64,000 nucleotides of DNA from an uncultured Candidatus Saccharibacteria bacterium (GTDB lineage Bacteria > Patescibacteriota > Saccharimonadia > Saccharimonadales > Saccharimonadaceae): positions 75,585 to 139,584 of the forward strand of contig CAZRRY010000001.1 of the NCBI GenBank assembly GCA_964602775.1. Direction: 5' to 3'. The position numbers and the translations under genes are program-made. Below, one piece after another: positions 1 to 9,109 of this stretch; within the stretch, counting starts at the first letter, position 1; every line of letters begins with the position of its first letter. The notes beneath the pieces are model-generated. The model did not search any database, was not told the DNA's origin, and was given only the letters and a program-made list of their open reading frames with translations.

Positions 1-392
1 ATGCCATGACCCACACCTGGCCGCTTCTTAGAACTCAGAACGTAGAACTTAAAACTCCCCTAGCAGTCGTCGCCGAAACCTACCTCGGCCAGCCCTTCTC
101 TGCTCCACCCTCCCCTGCCAAGCTGCGTGAAGTCGTCGGCAATTGCAATCATATCATCGGTGAATTCCTCCGCAATCTCCACCCGCAGCTACCGGCAGGC
201 ACTTCACTCTGTCTTGCCGTCCCCGCCTGGCGAGACGCCCAAGGCCGGTTTACTCACCTACCACTGACGACTACTCTCGAAAAGTTTGGCTACGCGCGCG
301 TCGAGCTCGCCACCGTCCGCCCCGAGCAACTTCTCTACTACCGCGAAACACAAGTGGTAGCCCGCGAACTCCTCATACTCAAAAGCACTTGA
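1..392 (+). CDS. C-terminal part of a probable TRM11-like SAM-dependent methyltransferase (5' truncated by the window)
   Basis: ORF is open from the window edge; the ETYLGQP and LCLAVPAW segments resemble the CPR methyltransferase usually found upstream of rpmA (recalled, not searched). Confidence 0.55.
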   Translation, partial: AMTHTWPLLRTQNVELKTPLAVVAETYLGQPFSAPPSPAKLREVVGNCNHIIGEFLRNLHPQLPAGTSLCLAVPAWRDAQGRFTHLPLTTTLEKFGYARVELATVRPEQLLYYRETQVVARELLILKST

Positions 393-453
393 CGATTGCC
401 CCCTGTTGGCGTACAATAGTACGGATTGTTTATACAAAGTTTAAAGGAGTCTT

Positions 454-726
454 ATGTCACACGTTAAAGCAGGTGGTTCAAGCAAAAACGTCCACAACAA
501 CGCCGGTGCTCGCCTTGGCGTCAAGCGTTTTGGCGGCCAGAAAGTCGCTGCTGGCGAAGTTCTCGTACGCCAAACAGGCAGCACCAAAGTCGCTGGTCCT
601 GGCACTTATATCAGCCGCAATTTCACGATCCATGCCAAAAAAGCTGGCACGGTAGTGTTCAAAAAGATCAAAAAAGCCTCATTTACCGGCCGCACCCACC
701 CTCGCGTGCAGGTTGTTGTTGAGTAG
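454..726 (+). CDS. rpmA: 50S ribosomal protein L27
   Basis: MSHVKAGGSSKN, RLGVKRFGGQ and VRQTG are L27 motifs. Confidence 0.97.
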   Translation: MSHVKAGGSSKNVHNNAGARLGVKRFGGQKVAAGEVLVRQTGSTKVAGPGTYISRNFTIHAKKAGTVVFKKIKKASFTGRTHPRVQVVVE

Positions 727-752
727 CACAGAAGCCTAGCTCTCCACTAAGC

Positions 753-782
753 AAAATACCCTCGATTGACGAGGGTATTTTT
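753..782. terminator. Bidirectional intrinsic terminator
   Basis: AAAATACCCTCG-attga-CGAGGGTATTTT between convergent genes. Confidence 0.85.
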
Positions 783-796
783 GGTTGATGCAACGG

Positions 797-1660
797 CTAC
801 GACGGCAACTGAACCCAGAGCGTCTGGTATTGACTGGCGATAGCCTGTGCCTCTGGTGCCATGCGACGATATTCCTGACCAGCATACTGACCAGAGCTTT
901 CAGAGCCTCTCCCGTCACCTTTGACCTGTGCCTGTGCTTTATCTCTTTGATACCTCGCATAGTTCGCAAGGCGGCCCTTATCCGCTTCACTTACGCCTTG
1001 TGTCAGCTGTTCGATCCGAGCTAAAATAGTGGCCCTTCTTTCTTCAACTGACTCAACCTTCGGAGCAGGCGCTGGCTCTTGCCGTGTCGTCACCCAGTCT
1101 GGAATACGGTCGATAAACTCGGGCGAAGCAGGAGGCTGGGCGCTCCGCAACTCTCGCTGAAACGCTGCGTGCTCATCGGGGGTGAGGGCCCATGTCTGTG
1201 GATCGTTATCGACAGGTGGCACACTATCAGGCGTTCGTGATAGCACTGCTGCTGGATCACCCTGCACAAGGGCTGTTGCATCTTTCCCCATAGCCCTGCG
1301 TCGTGCGTTTTCTTGTTCCACTGTCTCCATTGTCTTCTGCAGCTCCTGAAGTTGGTCAGTTGGAATATCTTTGGTAAGTGTATTGAACGTCCTGGTTCTT
1401 GGGTCCCATTCGTTTCTTTGAACGCGAGTATACTCGACACCGCCCTCCGATCCTGCCCCGATAGGAAACCAGCCGGCTTCGGGTGTAGTGACAGGTCGGC
1501 CTTCGGAATCACGCCGTGGCTTGCCGTCAGCTCCATAGACATTGCGTGGTACGTAGAGGTTTGGCGCAGCGTAGTCAGGTGAGTATGGACTAAAGGGACG
1601 ATCCTGAGATAGAGTATTATGTATATCTATGGTAGTGGCTGGGCGTTCGTGGTGACTCAT
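797..1660 (-). CDS. Hypothetical protein (287 aa)
   Basis: Long ORF with its own sigma70 promoter and a terminator; no recognisable domain. Confidence 0.7.
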   Translation of the reverse strand: MSHHERPATTIDIHNTLSQDRPFSPYSPDYAAPNLYVPRNVYGADGKPRRDSEGRPVTTPEAGWFPIGAGSEGGVEYTRVQRNEWDPRTRTFNTLTKDIPTDQLQELQKTMETVEQENARRRAMGKDATALVQGDPAAVLSRTPDSVPPVDNDPQTWALTPDEHAAFQRELRSAQPPASPEFIDRIPDWVTTRQEPAPAPKVESVEERRATILARIEQLTQGVSEADKGRLANYARYQRDKAQAQVKGDGRGSESSGQYAGQEYRRMAPEAQAIASQYQTLWVQLPS

Positions 1661-1696
1661 GTGTGAATATTTTTTGTTTTGTTAACCTTTAGCTTG

Positions 1697-1740
1697 ACTA
1701 TAGCAAAAAATTGACCAAAAGTCAATAGGCTTATGCTTAT
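1697..1740 (-). promoter_or_regulatory. Sigma70 promoter with an upstream ATAAGC tandem repeat
   Basis: TTGACT (1720-1725), 17 bp, TATAGT (1697-1702); ATAAGCATAAGC at 1729-1740. Confidence 0.65.
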
Positions 1741-1753
1741 ACCCCTACCCTAC

Positions 1754-2170
1754 CTAGGCGCGTGGAAGGTCTGGCGCAGGTGCGACGGTGTCCATACCAA
1801 GGTGGTGCTTGACACGAGCCACGACATCTCCGATAACCACTTGTGACTTGACGAGGTAATCGTCGACACCAAGCTGCTCGGCACGCTCTTTGTCTTTGGG
1901 CTGGCTGAGGGCCGTCAGCATAATGACGCGCATGTTGGTAGTCTCTGGGGTATTGCGCAGGATGTCGAGTACGTCAAACCCGCTAATTTTTGGCATCATA
2001 GCATCGAGGAGAATGAGATCTGGCTTGTATGATATGGCGGCCGAGAGGGCATCTTCGCCGTTATGAACTTCGTGTGTTTCAAATCCCTCGAGTTCAAGTC
2101 GAGAGCGGTAGACAGACGCCAGTGCGACATCGTCTTCTACCAAAAGGATCTTTTTCTTTATATCATCCAT
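1754..2170 (-). CDS. Single-domain response regulator (receiver only)
   Basis: LLVEDD, DLILLDAMMP phospho-Asp, LTA and K motifs; no output domain. Confidence 0.92.
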   Translation of the reverse strand: MDDIKKKILLVEDDVALASVYRSRLELEGFETHEVHNGEDALSAAISYKPDLILLDAMMPKISGFDVLDILRNTPETTNMRVIMLTALSQPKDKERAEQLGVDDYLVKSQVVIGDVVARVKHHLGMDTVAPAPDLPRA

Positions 2171-2208
2171 ATACGTCTATACTACCTCAAGCCTGAGAGA
2201 AGCACAAG

Positions 2209-3441
2209 CTAGTTGATGCCGAGCGTTTTTTTGGCGGCGTCGAGTTGCGGGTCGCGATTTGCATTGCGATCGTCGGATGTCAGGGCAACAGTGGTGTCGG
2301 GGGCGATGCCTTCTTTGGTGATATTGCGCCCACTTGGTGTGTACCAGCGTGCGATTGTGACTTTGAGCTGGCGACCGCCTGGCAGATCAATCAGACGTTG
2401 GACACTGCCCTTTCCAAAGGTTTTTTCACCGACAAGCGTCGCTGCGTGGTGCTCCTGCAGGGCCCCAGCGACGATCTCACTGGCGCTGGCGCTACTGCCA
2501 TTGACAAGGACGACTGTCTTGACGCCACTGAGGACAGCGCTTCCTTTTGTTTTGATCGTGTCGGTGACTTTGTCGTCGGTTTTTTCGGTGACGATCACTT
2601 TGTCGCTTAGCCAAAGACTGGCGACATCTTGCGCGGCATCGAGATAGCCGCCACCATCATCGCGTAAGTCTAAGATAACAGTTGTCACCCCTTGCTTCTT
2701 GAAACCTTGAGCCGCTTCGCGAGCAAGTCGACCGGTGTCGCTGTCAAATCTTGAGATCGTCAGTACACCCAGCGTCCCTTCGACGCGTGAACGTACGCTG
2801 GGGTCGTTGAGCTTGGCGCGTGTGATCGAGTAAGTTTTGGTCTCTTTGGCCCTGAGCACAGCCACTTTGACGGTCGTGCCTTCTTTGCCGCGGATTTTTG
2901 AAGCCACCGTCGAAGAATCAGCGTCCGCAACTTCTTCATCGTTGACTGCCATAAAAATATCGCCAGCCAAAAGTCCGGCCTGTTCGGCTGGTGAATCCTT
3001 GAGGACGCGTAGGATTGTCGGTCGGTCGCCTCGCATACCGAGCTCGCACCCAATACCAGTGACTTCGCCGCTGAGGTCTTTTGCGAAGTTTTCAGCCTCT
3101 TGTTTGTCCATAAATACGGTGTAGCGGTCGCCTGCTGCCTGTACCATACCACGCGCTGCACCATCGGCAAGCGCAGCGCTATCGAGTTTGCCGTCGTAAT
3201 TAGCCTTGAGCTCACGGTAGGTTTTTTGGACGATACTCAGCTCTAGAGACTCGCTCGAGGCTTTGATGCCAAAAAGTGGCGCGACTGCAGCGTACAGCTC
3301 GGCTTGTCGTGTGCCTGCTATAAATGACACCAAGGCGACCAGGGTGAGGCTCACAAAAAAAATGTACTTCGAGACTCCTGTCTGCTGGGCAATCGCCACA
3401 CGACGCCCACTTTCTTGTGGCTCATATTCAGTCACACTCAT
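2209..3441 (-). CDS. S41 family C-terminal processing peptidase (CtpA/Prc-like, PDZ)
   Basis: N-terminal TM, PDZ, DLRDDGGG, SASASE catalytic Ser, TFGKG Lys. Confidence 0.93.
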   Translation of the reverse strand: MSVTEYEPQESGRRVAIAQQTGVSKYIFFVSLTLVALVSFIAGTRQAELYAAVAPLFGIKASSESLELSIVQKTYRELKANYDGKLDSAALADGAARGMVQAAGDRYTVFMDKQEAENFAKDLSGEVTGIGCELGMRGDRPTILRVLKDSPAEQAGLLAGDIFMAVNDEEVADADSSTVASKIRGKEGTTVKVAVLRAKETKTYSITRAKLNDPSVRSRVEGTLGVLTISRFDSDTGRLAREAAQGFKKQGVTTVILDLRDDGGGYLDAAQDVASLWLSDKVIVTEKTDDKVTDTIKTKGSAVLSGVKTVVLVNGSSASASEIVAGALQEHHAATLVGEKTFGKGSVQRLIDLPGGRQLKVTIARWYTPSGRNITKEGIAPDTTVALTSDDRNANRDPQLDAAKKTLGIN

Positions 3442-3520
3442 TCCTCTCTTTATTGCTTATAGTTAAGTATAGCGCACCTGGTGAGTGGCGCGCTATAGTT
3501 TTGGTGTTGCAAAAATTATC

Positions 3521-4672
3521 TTAAAAGTAGATATAGGTCAGCCCGGCAGCTGAGCGATTGTAGATGTGGTAACGACCCCACCCACCACCATCGGCATTGT
3601 TGTTGTAGTCACTGACAAGAATCGTCCCGTCACCGTTGACACGCTCAACATACATGGCATGGCCGTAGATACCGACATACCAGATGGCAACTGAGCCTTC
3701 TTGTGGGGTTGAGCCGCTTGCGATACCGTACCGAGCCGCAGTCGATGGCCACTGATTTGCGTTGCCATAGCCACCAAAATGAGGCACGAATCGTCCGGTG
3801 CTCGCGACTTTCCAGGCGGTGTAGCTGACACATTCGCGGTTGTAGAGTCCCCATGAGTCAACCAGTGTGTCTTGTTCAGCATAAGCCCAGACGCCAGGGT
3901 ATCCCCCGCCGCCGACTGATCCGCCACCAATATTGCTGGCGCCACTGGCTGCTGCAGCCGCAGCCATGGCAGCTGCCTGCTCAGAACGAAGCTGAGACAC
4001 TTGTGCGTTGCGCTGTGAAGACAGCTGCTGATATGACGCTTCTTGGCCCTGCGTATCTGCTAGTAGTTTTGCTTGCTCGGCTTCTTTGCTCGCTAACAGG
4101 TCGCGTTGCGATTTTTGGTCGGCAAGGACGCGCTCGACATCGACTTTCTGACTCTCGAGTTGCTTTTTGAGGGCATTGATTTCGTCGATTGTCTGGCTAA
4201 GACTGTTTTGGATTGACGAGCGGTACTCTTGCTGGTCGACATAGTCGCTGATGTCGTTGGAGCTGGCAAGCATTTCAAGCGGCGTGATTGAGCCGTCAAT
4301 ATACATATCGGCAATAATCTGCCCGAGCGCTTCTTTGTTGTCGGCGATTTTTTGTTCGGTCTCTTTAATGTCGTTGACAAGTTTGTCGTATTTTGCCTGG
4401 CTCAGATCGATTTGACCCTGAATCGTTGCTTTTTGGGTGGCGAGACTCGACAACTCGTTTTGGAGTGTTTTTGCCTGCGCACTGAGCGCCGCAGCTTGTT
4501 GCTGGTAACCACTGATCTCCGCTTCAATTGCTTTGATTTGGTCGTCGTATTTGTCAGCAAAAACGTGCTGCCCAAGAGATAGTGGACCACTGACTGCCAT
4601 CAATACAGCGGTAGCCACCAAGGCCGATTTGGTGACTAACCCTCTTGAAAGCGATGTGGTGGACCGTTTCAT
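3521..4672 (-). CDS. PcsB/CwlO-like coiled-coil peptidoglycan hydrolase with CHAP domain
   Basis: Signal peptide, long coiled coil, RECVSY (Cys) and GHAMYVE (His); start moved to the ATG at 4672; follows ftsEX. Confidence 0.9.
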   Translation of the reverse strand: MKRSTTSLSRGLVTKSALVATAVLMAVSGPLSLGQHVFADKYDDQIKAIEAEISGYQQQAAALSAQAKTLQNELSSLATQKATIQGQIDLSQAKYDKLVNDIKETEQKIADNKEALGQIIADMYIDGSITPLEMLASSNDISDYVDQQEYRSSIQNSLSQTIDEINALKKQLESQKVDVERVLADQKSQRDLLASKEAEQAKLLADTQGQEASYQQLSSQRNAQVSQLRSEQAAAMAAAAAASGASNIGGGSVGGGGYPGVWAYAEQDTLVDSWGLYNRECVSYTAWKVASTGRFVPHFGGYGNANQWPSTAARYGIASGSTPQEGSVAIWYVGIYGHAMYVERVNGDGTILVSDYNNNADGGGWGRYHIYNRSAAGLTYIYF

Positions 4673-4679
4673 TAGTTTC

Positions 4680-4708
4680 AATTTAGCATAAGCAGTGTGC
4701 TGTGTCAA
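4680..4708 (-). promoter_or_regulatory. Promoter of the CHAP hydrolase gene
   Basis: TTGACA, 17 bp spacer ending GCTTATGC, TAAATT; 7 nt before the ATG. Confidence 0.6.
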
Positions 4709-4722
4709 GACTTTTTGCTCCT

Positions 4723-5703
4723 TTATAGCCGCAAGTAGCGTCGTGTTGCGAGCAGCGATGAGATTGTGCCGATAATCGCACCCAGAGCGACCATGGCGAG
4801 AAGCACAAACCCTATATAAGTCATGACGAGGGCGATAGTCTGTTCGATTGGCAGCCCCCACGACACCAGGCCCTGCTTCATGCAAAGCAAAATGCCGACG
4901 CCGGCTGCGGTGGCGAGCACTGCGGCAATAAACCCATACACGATGGCTTCAACCACGAACGGCCCCCGGATAAAACTGCGGTCGGCGCCGATCAGCTTCA
5001 TCATCTGAATCTCTTCTTTGCGGTTGAAAATTGCCATACGGATGGTGTTGAAAATGATAAGCATAGAGATGCTTGTAAAGAGAATACTTGCGCCGATCCC
5101 CACCTCTTGTGCGGTGCGGGCCCAGCCAGCGATAGTGTCGGTAGCGACTTTGCGGCTGCTCATAAATGACGGTTTGCGTGACGGTTCGATGTATTCTTTG
5201 AGGTCTTTGCTAGAGTTAACAAAATCGATCAACTGACTTGTGTCGTTAGGGTCTTTGAGAGAGATGCGGATGATGGCAGGGATTTTGTTGGTGGCGATAT
5301 TGATCGCGCTGAGTGTGCTACTGCTGGTTTTGTTTTTTTCGGCAAAATCTGCTCGGCCTTGCTCGGTAGTGATGAAGGTTACTGATTCGGTGTTTGACAG
5401 TCCTTCGATGCTTTTGATGATCTTTGAGGCCTGCTGCTCGGTAGTCATTGGCTTGAGGTATATCGAGCGCTCGAGTCGCCGACCAAGCTGGTCGGTCGTA
5501 TCAGACAAGACGTTTTGAGCTACGACCGTCAGAAAAATAATAAGCAGCGTGATGGTCATAACAGCAGTCGCTGCCACCGTCAGCCAAGCGTTGCGCGTAA
5601 AGTTGTTGACGCCGTAGCGACACATACGAATAAACGTGATCCATTGGCGTCTGTGACGTTTCTGACCGATAAGAGCTTTGGCATTGTTGGTTTTTTTGGC
5701 CAT
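4723..5703 (-). CDS. ftsX: Cell division permease FtsX
   Basis: RNAWLTVAA, EIQMMKLIGA..FIRGPFVVEA; downstream of ftsE. Confidence 0.93.
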   Translation of the reverse strand: MAKKTNNAKALIGQKRHRRQWITFIRMCRYGVNNFTRNAWLTVAATAVMTITLLIIFLTVVAQNVLSDTTDQLGRRLERSIYLKPMTTEQQASKIIKSIEGLSNTESVTFITTEQGRADFAEKNKTSSSTLSAINIATNKIPAIIRISLKDPNDTSQLIDFVNSSKDLKEYIEPSRKPSFMSSRKVATDTIAGWARTAQEVGIGASILFTSISMLIIFNTIRMAIFNRKEEIQMMKLIGADRSFIRGPFVVEAIVYGFIAAVLATAAGVGILLCMKQGLVSWGLPIEQTIALVMTYIGFVLLAMVALGAIIGTISSLLATRRYLRL

Positions 5704-6386
5704 TATTGTCGATAACTCCCCTGCGCTTGGTCTGACGTGATCTTGCCGTGGTCGATCACGATGACGCGGCGCTTTAGTTTGTTGACGATCTCAACATTGT
5801 GCGTGGTCAGCAGAACGGTGGTGCCGTATTTGTTGATCTTTTCTAGCAAACGCACGATATCCCAGCTATGTTTTGGGTCAAGGTTGCCAGTTGGCTCGTC
5901 GGCGATGAGAATTTTTGGCTGGCGCACTACCGCACGGGCGATGGCCACACGCTGTCGTTCACCACCAGAAAGCTGGTGCGGAAAGTTTTTTTCCTTGCCG
6001 GTGAGGCCGACAAGATCGATGACCTTGGGGACGGTGTTTTTGATCTCACGGTTGGTCATGCCGGCAATCTCGAGGGCAAACGCGATGTTTTCAAACACGG
6101 TGCGCTGCGGGAGAAGTTTGAAGTCCTGAAACACGACGCCGATTTTGCGGCGCAGCAATGGAATATGCTTGTCTTTGAGCGTGTCGTAATCGATCCCGCC
6201 GACGACGATCTTGCCACTTGTGGGTTTTTCTTCGCGTGTCAGGAGTTTGAGGAGTGTTGATTTGCCGGCACCAGAAGTGCCCACAAGAATCACAAATTCA
6301 TTGGGCTGGATATGCAAACTCACCCGATTGAGCGCGGGCGATGCATCTTTGCCGTATGCTTTTGTTACCCTATCTAACAGAATCAT
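5703..6386 (-). CDS. ftsE: Cell division ATP-binding protein FtsE
   Basis: [31 protein letters not shown]. Confidence 0.95.
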   Translation of the reverse strand: MILLDRVTKAYGKDASPALNRVSLHIQPNEFVILVGTSGAGKSTLLKLLTREEKPTSGKIVVGGIDYDTLKDKHIPLLRRKIGVVFQDFKLLPQRTVFENIAFALEIAGMTNREIKNTVPKVIDLVGLTGKEKNFPHQLSGGERQRVAIARAVVRQPKILIADEPTGNLDPKHSWDIVRLLEKINKYGTTVLLTTHNVEIVNKLKRRVIVIDHGKITSDQAQGSYRQ

Positions 6387-6427
6387 CTCGTACCATTATA
6401 CCATAAGCGCACTCGAGCTTCCTCAAG

Positions 6428-7348
6428 CTACCAGCTACCGCTGCTGCCGCCGCCCGAGAATCCACCGCCGCCAAAGCCGCCGCCACCACCAGATGACCAA
6501 CCGCCGCCGCCGATAGAACCGCCACCTGCCCACCAGGATGGCAGTGTTCCGTTTTCTTTGTGAGAAGCGTAGTTTTTGGAAACGAAATAGTCAAACAAAA
6601 AACCTCCCAGCGTGACGCCAAGCGCCACAACAAATGCCCATAGTGCCCAGGAAAACATCACCAGCAGGGCAACGCCGATCATAAGGCCAATCACCCCTCC
6701 TGCCCACCAACTTTTGCTGCGTGCGAGCATAGAGCCTACCCACGAAAAGATAAACGCACCGAAGATTAGCGCTGTCACAAGCAGGTCCCACCAGTTGGAC
6801 GGTGCCGAAGACGAACTGGCCGCAAGTGTTGGATCGGCCTGCTTGGAGACGGCTTTTTGAATACTGGTGATAGCCCCGCTAAGACCACCGGCAAAGTCCT
6901 GTTGCTTAAACGCCGGTGCCATGACGCCACGCACGATTCGTGATGCACGTGCGTCTGTCAGGTCACCCTGCAGGCCATCGCCGACTTCGATTCTCATCTT
7001 TCGATCGTCCTTGACGACCACGATGAGCACGCCGTTGCTGCTTGATTTTTCACCGATTCCCCACTGCCGTGCGACCTTGATCGAGTAACCTTCGAGATAT
7101 TCGTCATTGCCAAGCGTAGAAATCATGAGGATGCCGATTTGATAGGATTTTTCTTGTCGAGAGGCGGCAATTTGCGAGGTGAGGCGCTGGATATCTTGGT
7201 CGGACAATGTCTTTGTCTGGTCGACAATCGGCACAGCTAGACTTGGTGCCGGGGGTATCGCGAGTGCATGTGTCGGCGTTGTACTGAGCAGACAGTACGT
7301 GAGCGTACCGATCACTCCCCCGAGCAAACTACCCCAGATACCTTTCAT
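6428..7348 (-). CDS. TPM domain protein (YgcG-like) with Gly-rich tail
   Basis: IVDQTKTL, RKMRIEVG.GL, GGGFGGGGFSGGGSSGSW; paired with lemA. Confidence 0.9.
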   Translation of the reverse strand: MKGIWGSLLGGVIGTLTYCLLSTTPTHALAIPPAPSLAVPIVDQTKTLSDQDIQRLTSQIAASRQEKSYQIGILMISTLGNDEYLEGYSIKVARQWGIGEKSSSNGVLIVVVKDDRKMRIEVGDGLQGDLTDARASRIVRGVMAPAFKQQDFAGGLSGAITSIQKAVSKQADPTLAASSSSAPSNWWDLLVTALIFGAFIFSWVGSMLARSKSWWAGGVIGLMIGVALLVMFSWALWAFVVALGVTLGGFLFDYFVSKNYASHKENGTLPSWWAGGGSIGGGGWSSGGGGGFGGGGFSGGGSSGSW

Positions 7349-7357
7349 TGCAGTGCC

Positions 7358-7966
7358 TTATTGGGCTACTTTATTGCCGAAATCAACTGTTGGCGCGTTT
7401 TGAGCTCCTGCTTCAGCTTGGAAGTATGGTCGCTGCGAAAACCCAAACATCGACGCAATGAGTGCGGTGGGAAACGACTGAACACGTGTGTTGTATGGCC
7501 GTGCAACATTGTTGTAATCTGCACGCGCTACCTGGATACGGTTCTCGGTGCCTTCGAGTTGAGACATCAGGTCTTGGTAGGCAGCGGTTGATTTGAGGTC
7601 TGGATAATTCTCAACAACCGCGAGCAGCTTACTCAGTGAGCTGGTGACACCATTTTGAGCATCGATATAGCTCTGCATCTGCTCTGGTGTCGCTTTGCTG
7701 GCATCGACTGTGATACCAGTAGCTTTGGCACGAGCCGAAACGACTTGATTGAGTGTTTCTTGCTCGAAGTTAGACGAGCCTTTGACGGTATTGACAAGAT
7801 TTGGAATAAGGTCAGCACGACGCTGATACTGTGTCTGGACATTGCCAAACGAAGCCACGACTTTTTCGCGATCTGAGACGAGGCTATTGTATGTGCCCCC
7901 TACCCACATGCCGATTACGAGCAGTACCGCAAGAATCACCCCCGGAATAAGCCATTTACTCTTCAT
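7358..7966 (-). CDS. lemA: LemA family protein
   Basis: YQRRADLIPNLVNTVKG, ENYPDLKS, LEGTENRI. Confidence 0.95.
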   Translation of the reverse strand: MKSKWLIPGVILAVLLVIGMWVGGTYNSLVSDREKVVASFGNVQTQYQRRADLIPNLVNTVKGSSNFEQETLNQVVSARAKATGITVDASKATPEQMQSYIDAQNGVTSSLSKLLAVVENYPDLKSTAAYQDLMSQLEGTENRIQVARADYNNVARPYNTRVQSFPTALIASMFGFSQRPYFQAEAGAQNAPTVDFGNKVAQ

Positions 7967-8024
7967 ATGATGTTCACCTCCAATTACTTTTCTTTATTAT
8001 AGCAAATTGCAAGCCCGCAAGTAG

Positions 8025-9101
8025 CTATTTGCCGCTCAATAAAAATGCTTCGATAAACGGATCGATGTTGCCATCGAGCACGCCCTGCGCGTTGCGGTCT
8101 TCGTGTTTTGTCCGAGTGTCTTTGACAAGCGTATAGGGGTGGAGGACATAATTGCGAATCTGTGCTCCCCAGCTGGCTGACTCGCCCGTGCGAAGATCGG
8201 CAATACTTTCGGCATGCTGCTCAAGCTGTAGCTGAACGAGCTTGCTACGCAAAATCTTGAGCGCAGTCTCTTTGTTTTGCAGTTGTGAACGTTCGTTTTG
8301 GATTGCGACCACAATCCCACTTGGCAAGTGCGTGACACGCACTGCCGAATCTGTCGTGTTGACACTCTGTCCGCCATGCCCACCAGCACGGTAGACATCA
8401 ATTTTGAGATCGTTATCTTCAAGCGCCACTTCGTCGGGCGCATCAATTTCTGGCATGACTTCGACCAGCGCAAAACTCGTTTGTCGCAAACTATCGGCGT
8501 TGAAGGGGCTGAGGCGCACCAGACGATGCACACCGTGCTCACTTCTAAGTTTGCCGTATGCAAATGGCCCACTGATGCTATACGTCACGCTCTTAATACC
8601 AGCCTCTTCGCCTGCAGAGCGTTCGATCAACTGTGTTTTCATCGTGCTTCGCTCTGCCCAGCGCAGATACATACGTTCGAGCATTTCTGTCCAGTCTTGG
8701 GCGTCAGTCCCACCCGCGCCAGCACTGAGCTTGATGATCGCCGCATGGTCATCAAATTCACCGCGGAACAGCAGGTCTTGTTGCTTTGCGGCAAATTGTT
8801 GCTCGAGAGTATCAAGCTGAGCCTCAAGCTCTGTCTGTAAACTAGCATCATCCATGCTCGCAAATGCCAGCACGTCGTCTGCCTGCGCCTGGAGCTGCTG
8901 CCATGGCTCGACAATCGCCCGAACTGCAGCTGCTTCTCTGGAGAGCTGCTCTGCAGCAGCGGCATCGGACCATATATCTGGCTGTGCCAGCTTGGCATCA
9001 AGCTGACTGAGGTGTAAGGCTTTTTGTTCAATAGCAAGCTGCATCGATGCATCGGTAACGTGCTGACGCAGTAGTTGGGCGCGCTTTTGGGTAGGCTGCA
9101 T
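8025..9101 (-). CDS. prfB: Peptide chain release factor 2 (single reading frame)
   Basis: SPF tripeptide, GGQ, AGAGGTDAQDW; likely start is the ATG at 9101. Confidence 0.95.
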   Translation of the reverse strand: MQPTQKRAQLLRQHVTDASMQLAIEQKALHLSQLDAKLAQPDIWSDAAAAEQLSREAAAVRAIVEPWQQLQAQADDVLAFASMDDASLQTELEAQLDTLEQQFAAKQQDLLFRGEFDDHAAIIKLSAGAGGTDAQDWTEMLERMYLRWAERSTMKTQLIERSAGEEAGIKSVTYSISGPFAYGKLRSEHGVHRLVRLSPFNADSLRQTSFALVEVMPEIDAPDEVALEDNDLKIDVYRAGGHGGQSVNTTDSAVRVTHLPSGIVVAIQNERSQLQNKETALKILRSKLVQLQLEQHAESIADLRTGESASWGAQIRNYVLHPYTLVKDTRTKHEDRNAQGVLDGNIDPFIEAFLLSGK

Positions 9102-9109
9102 ATCACCTA

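Noticed and set aside
6428-6540. GC-rich low-complexity repeat
   Set aside because: It simply encodes the usual Gly-rich tail of TPM proteins
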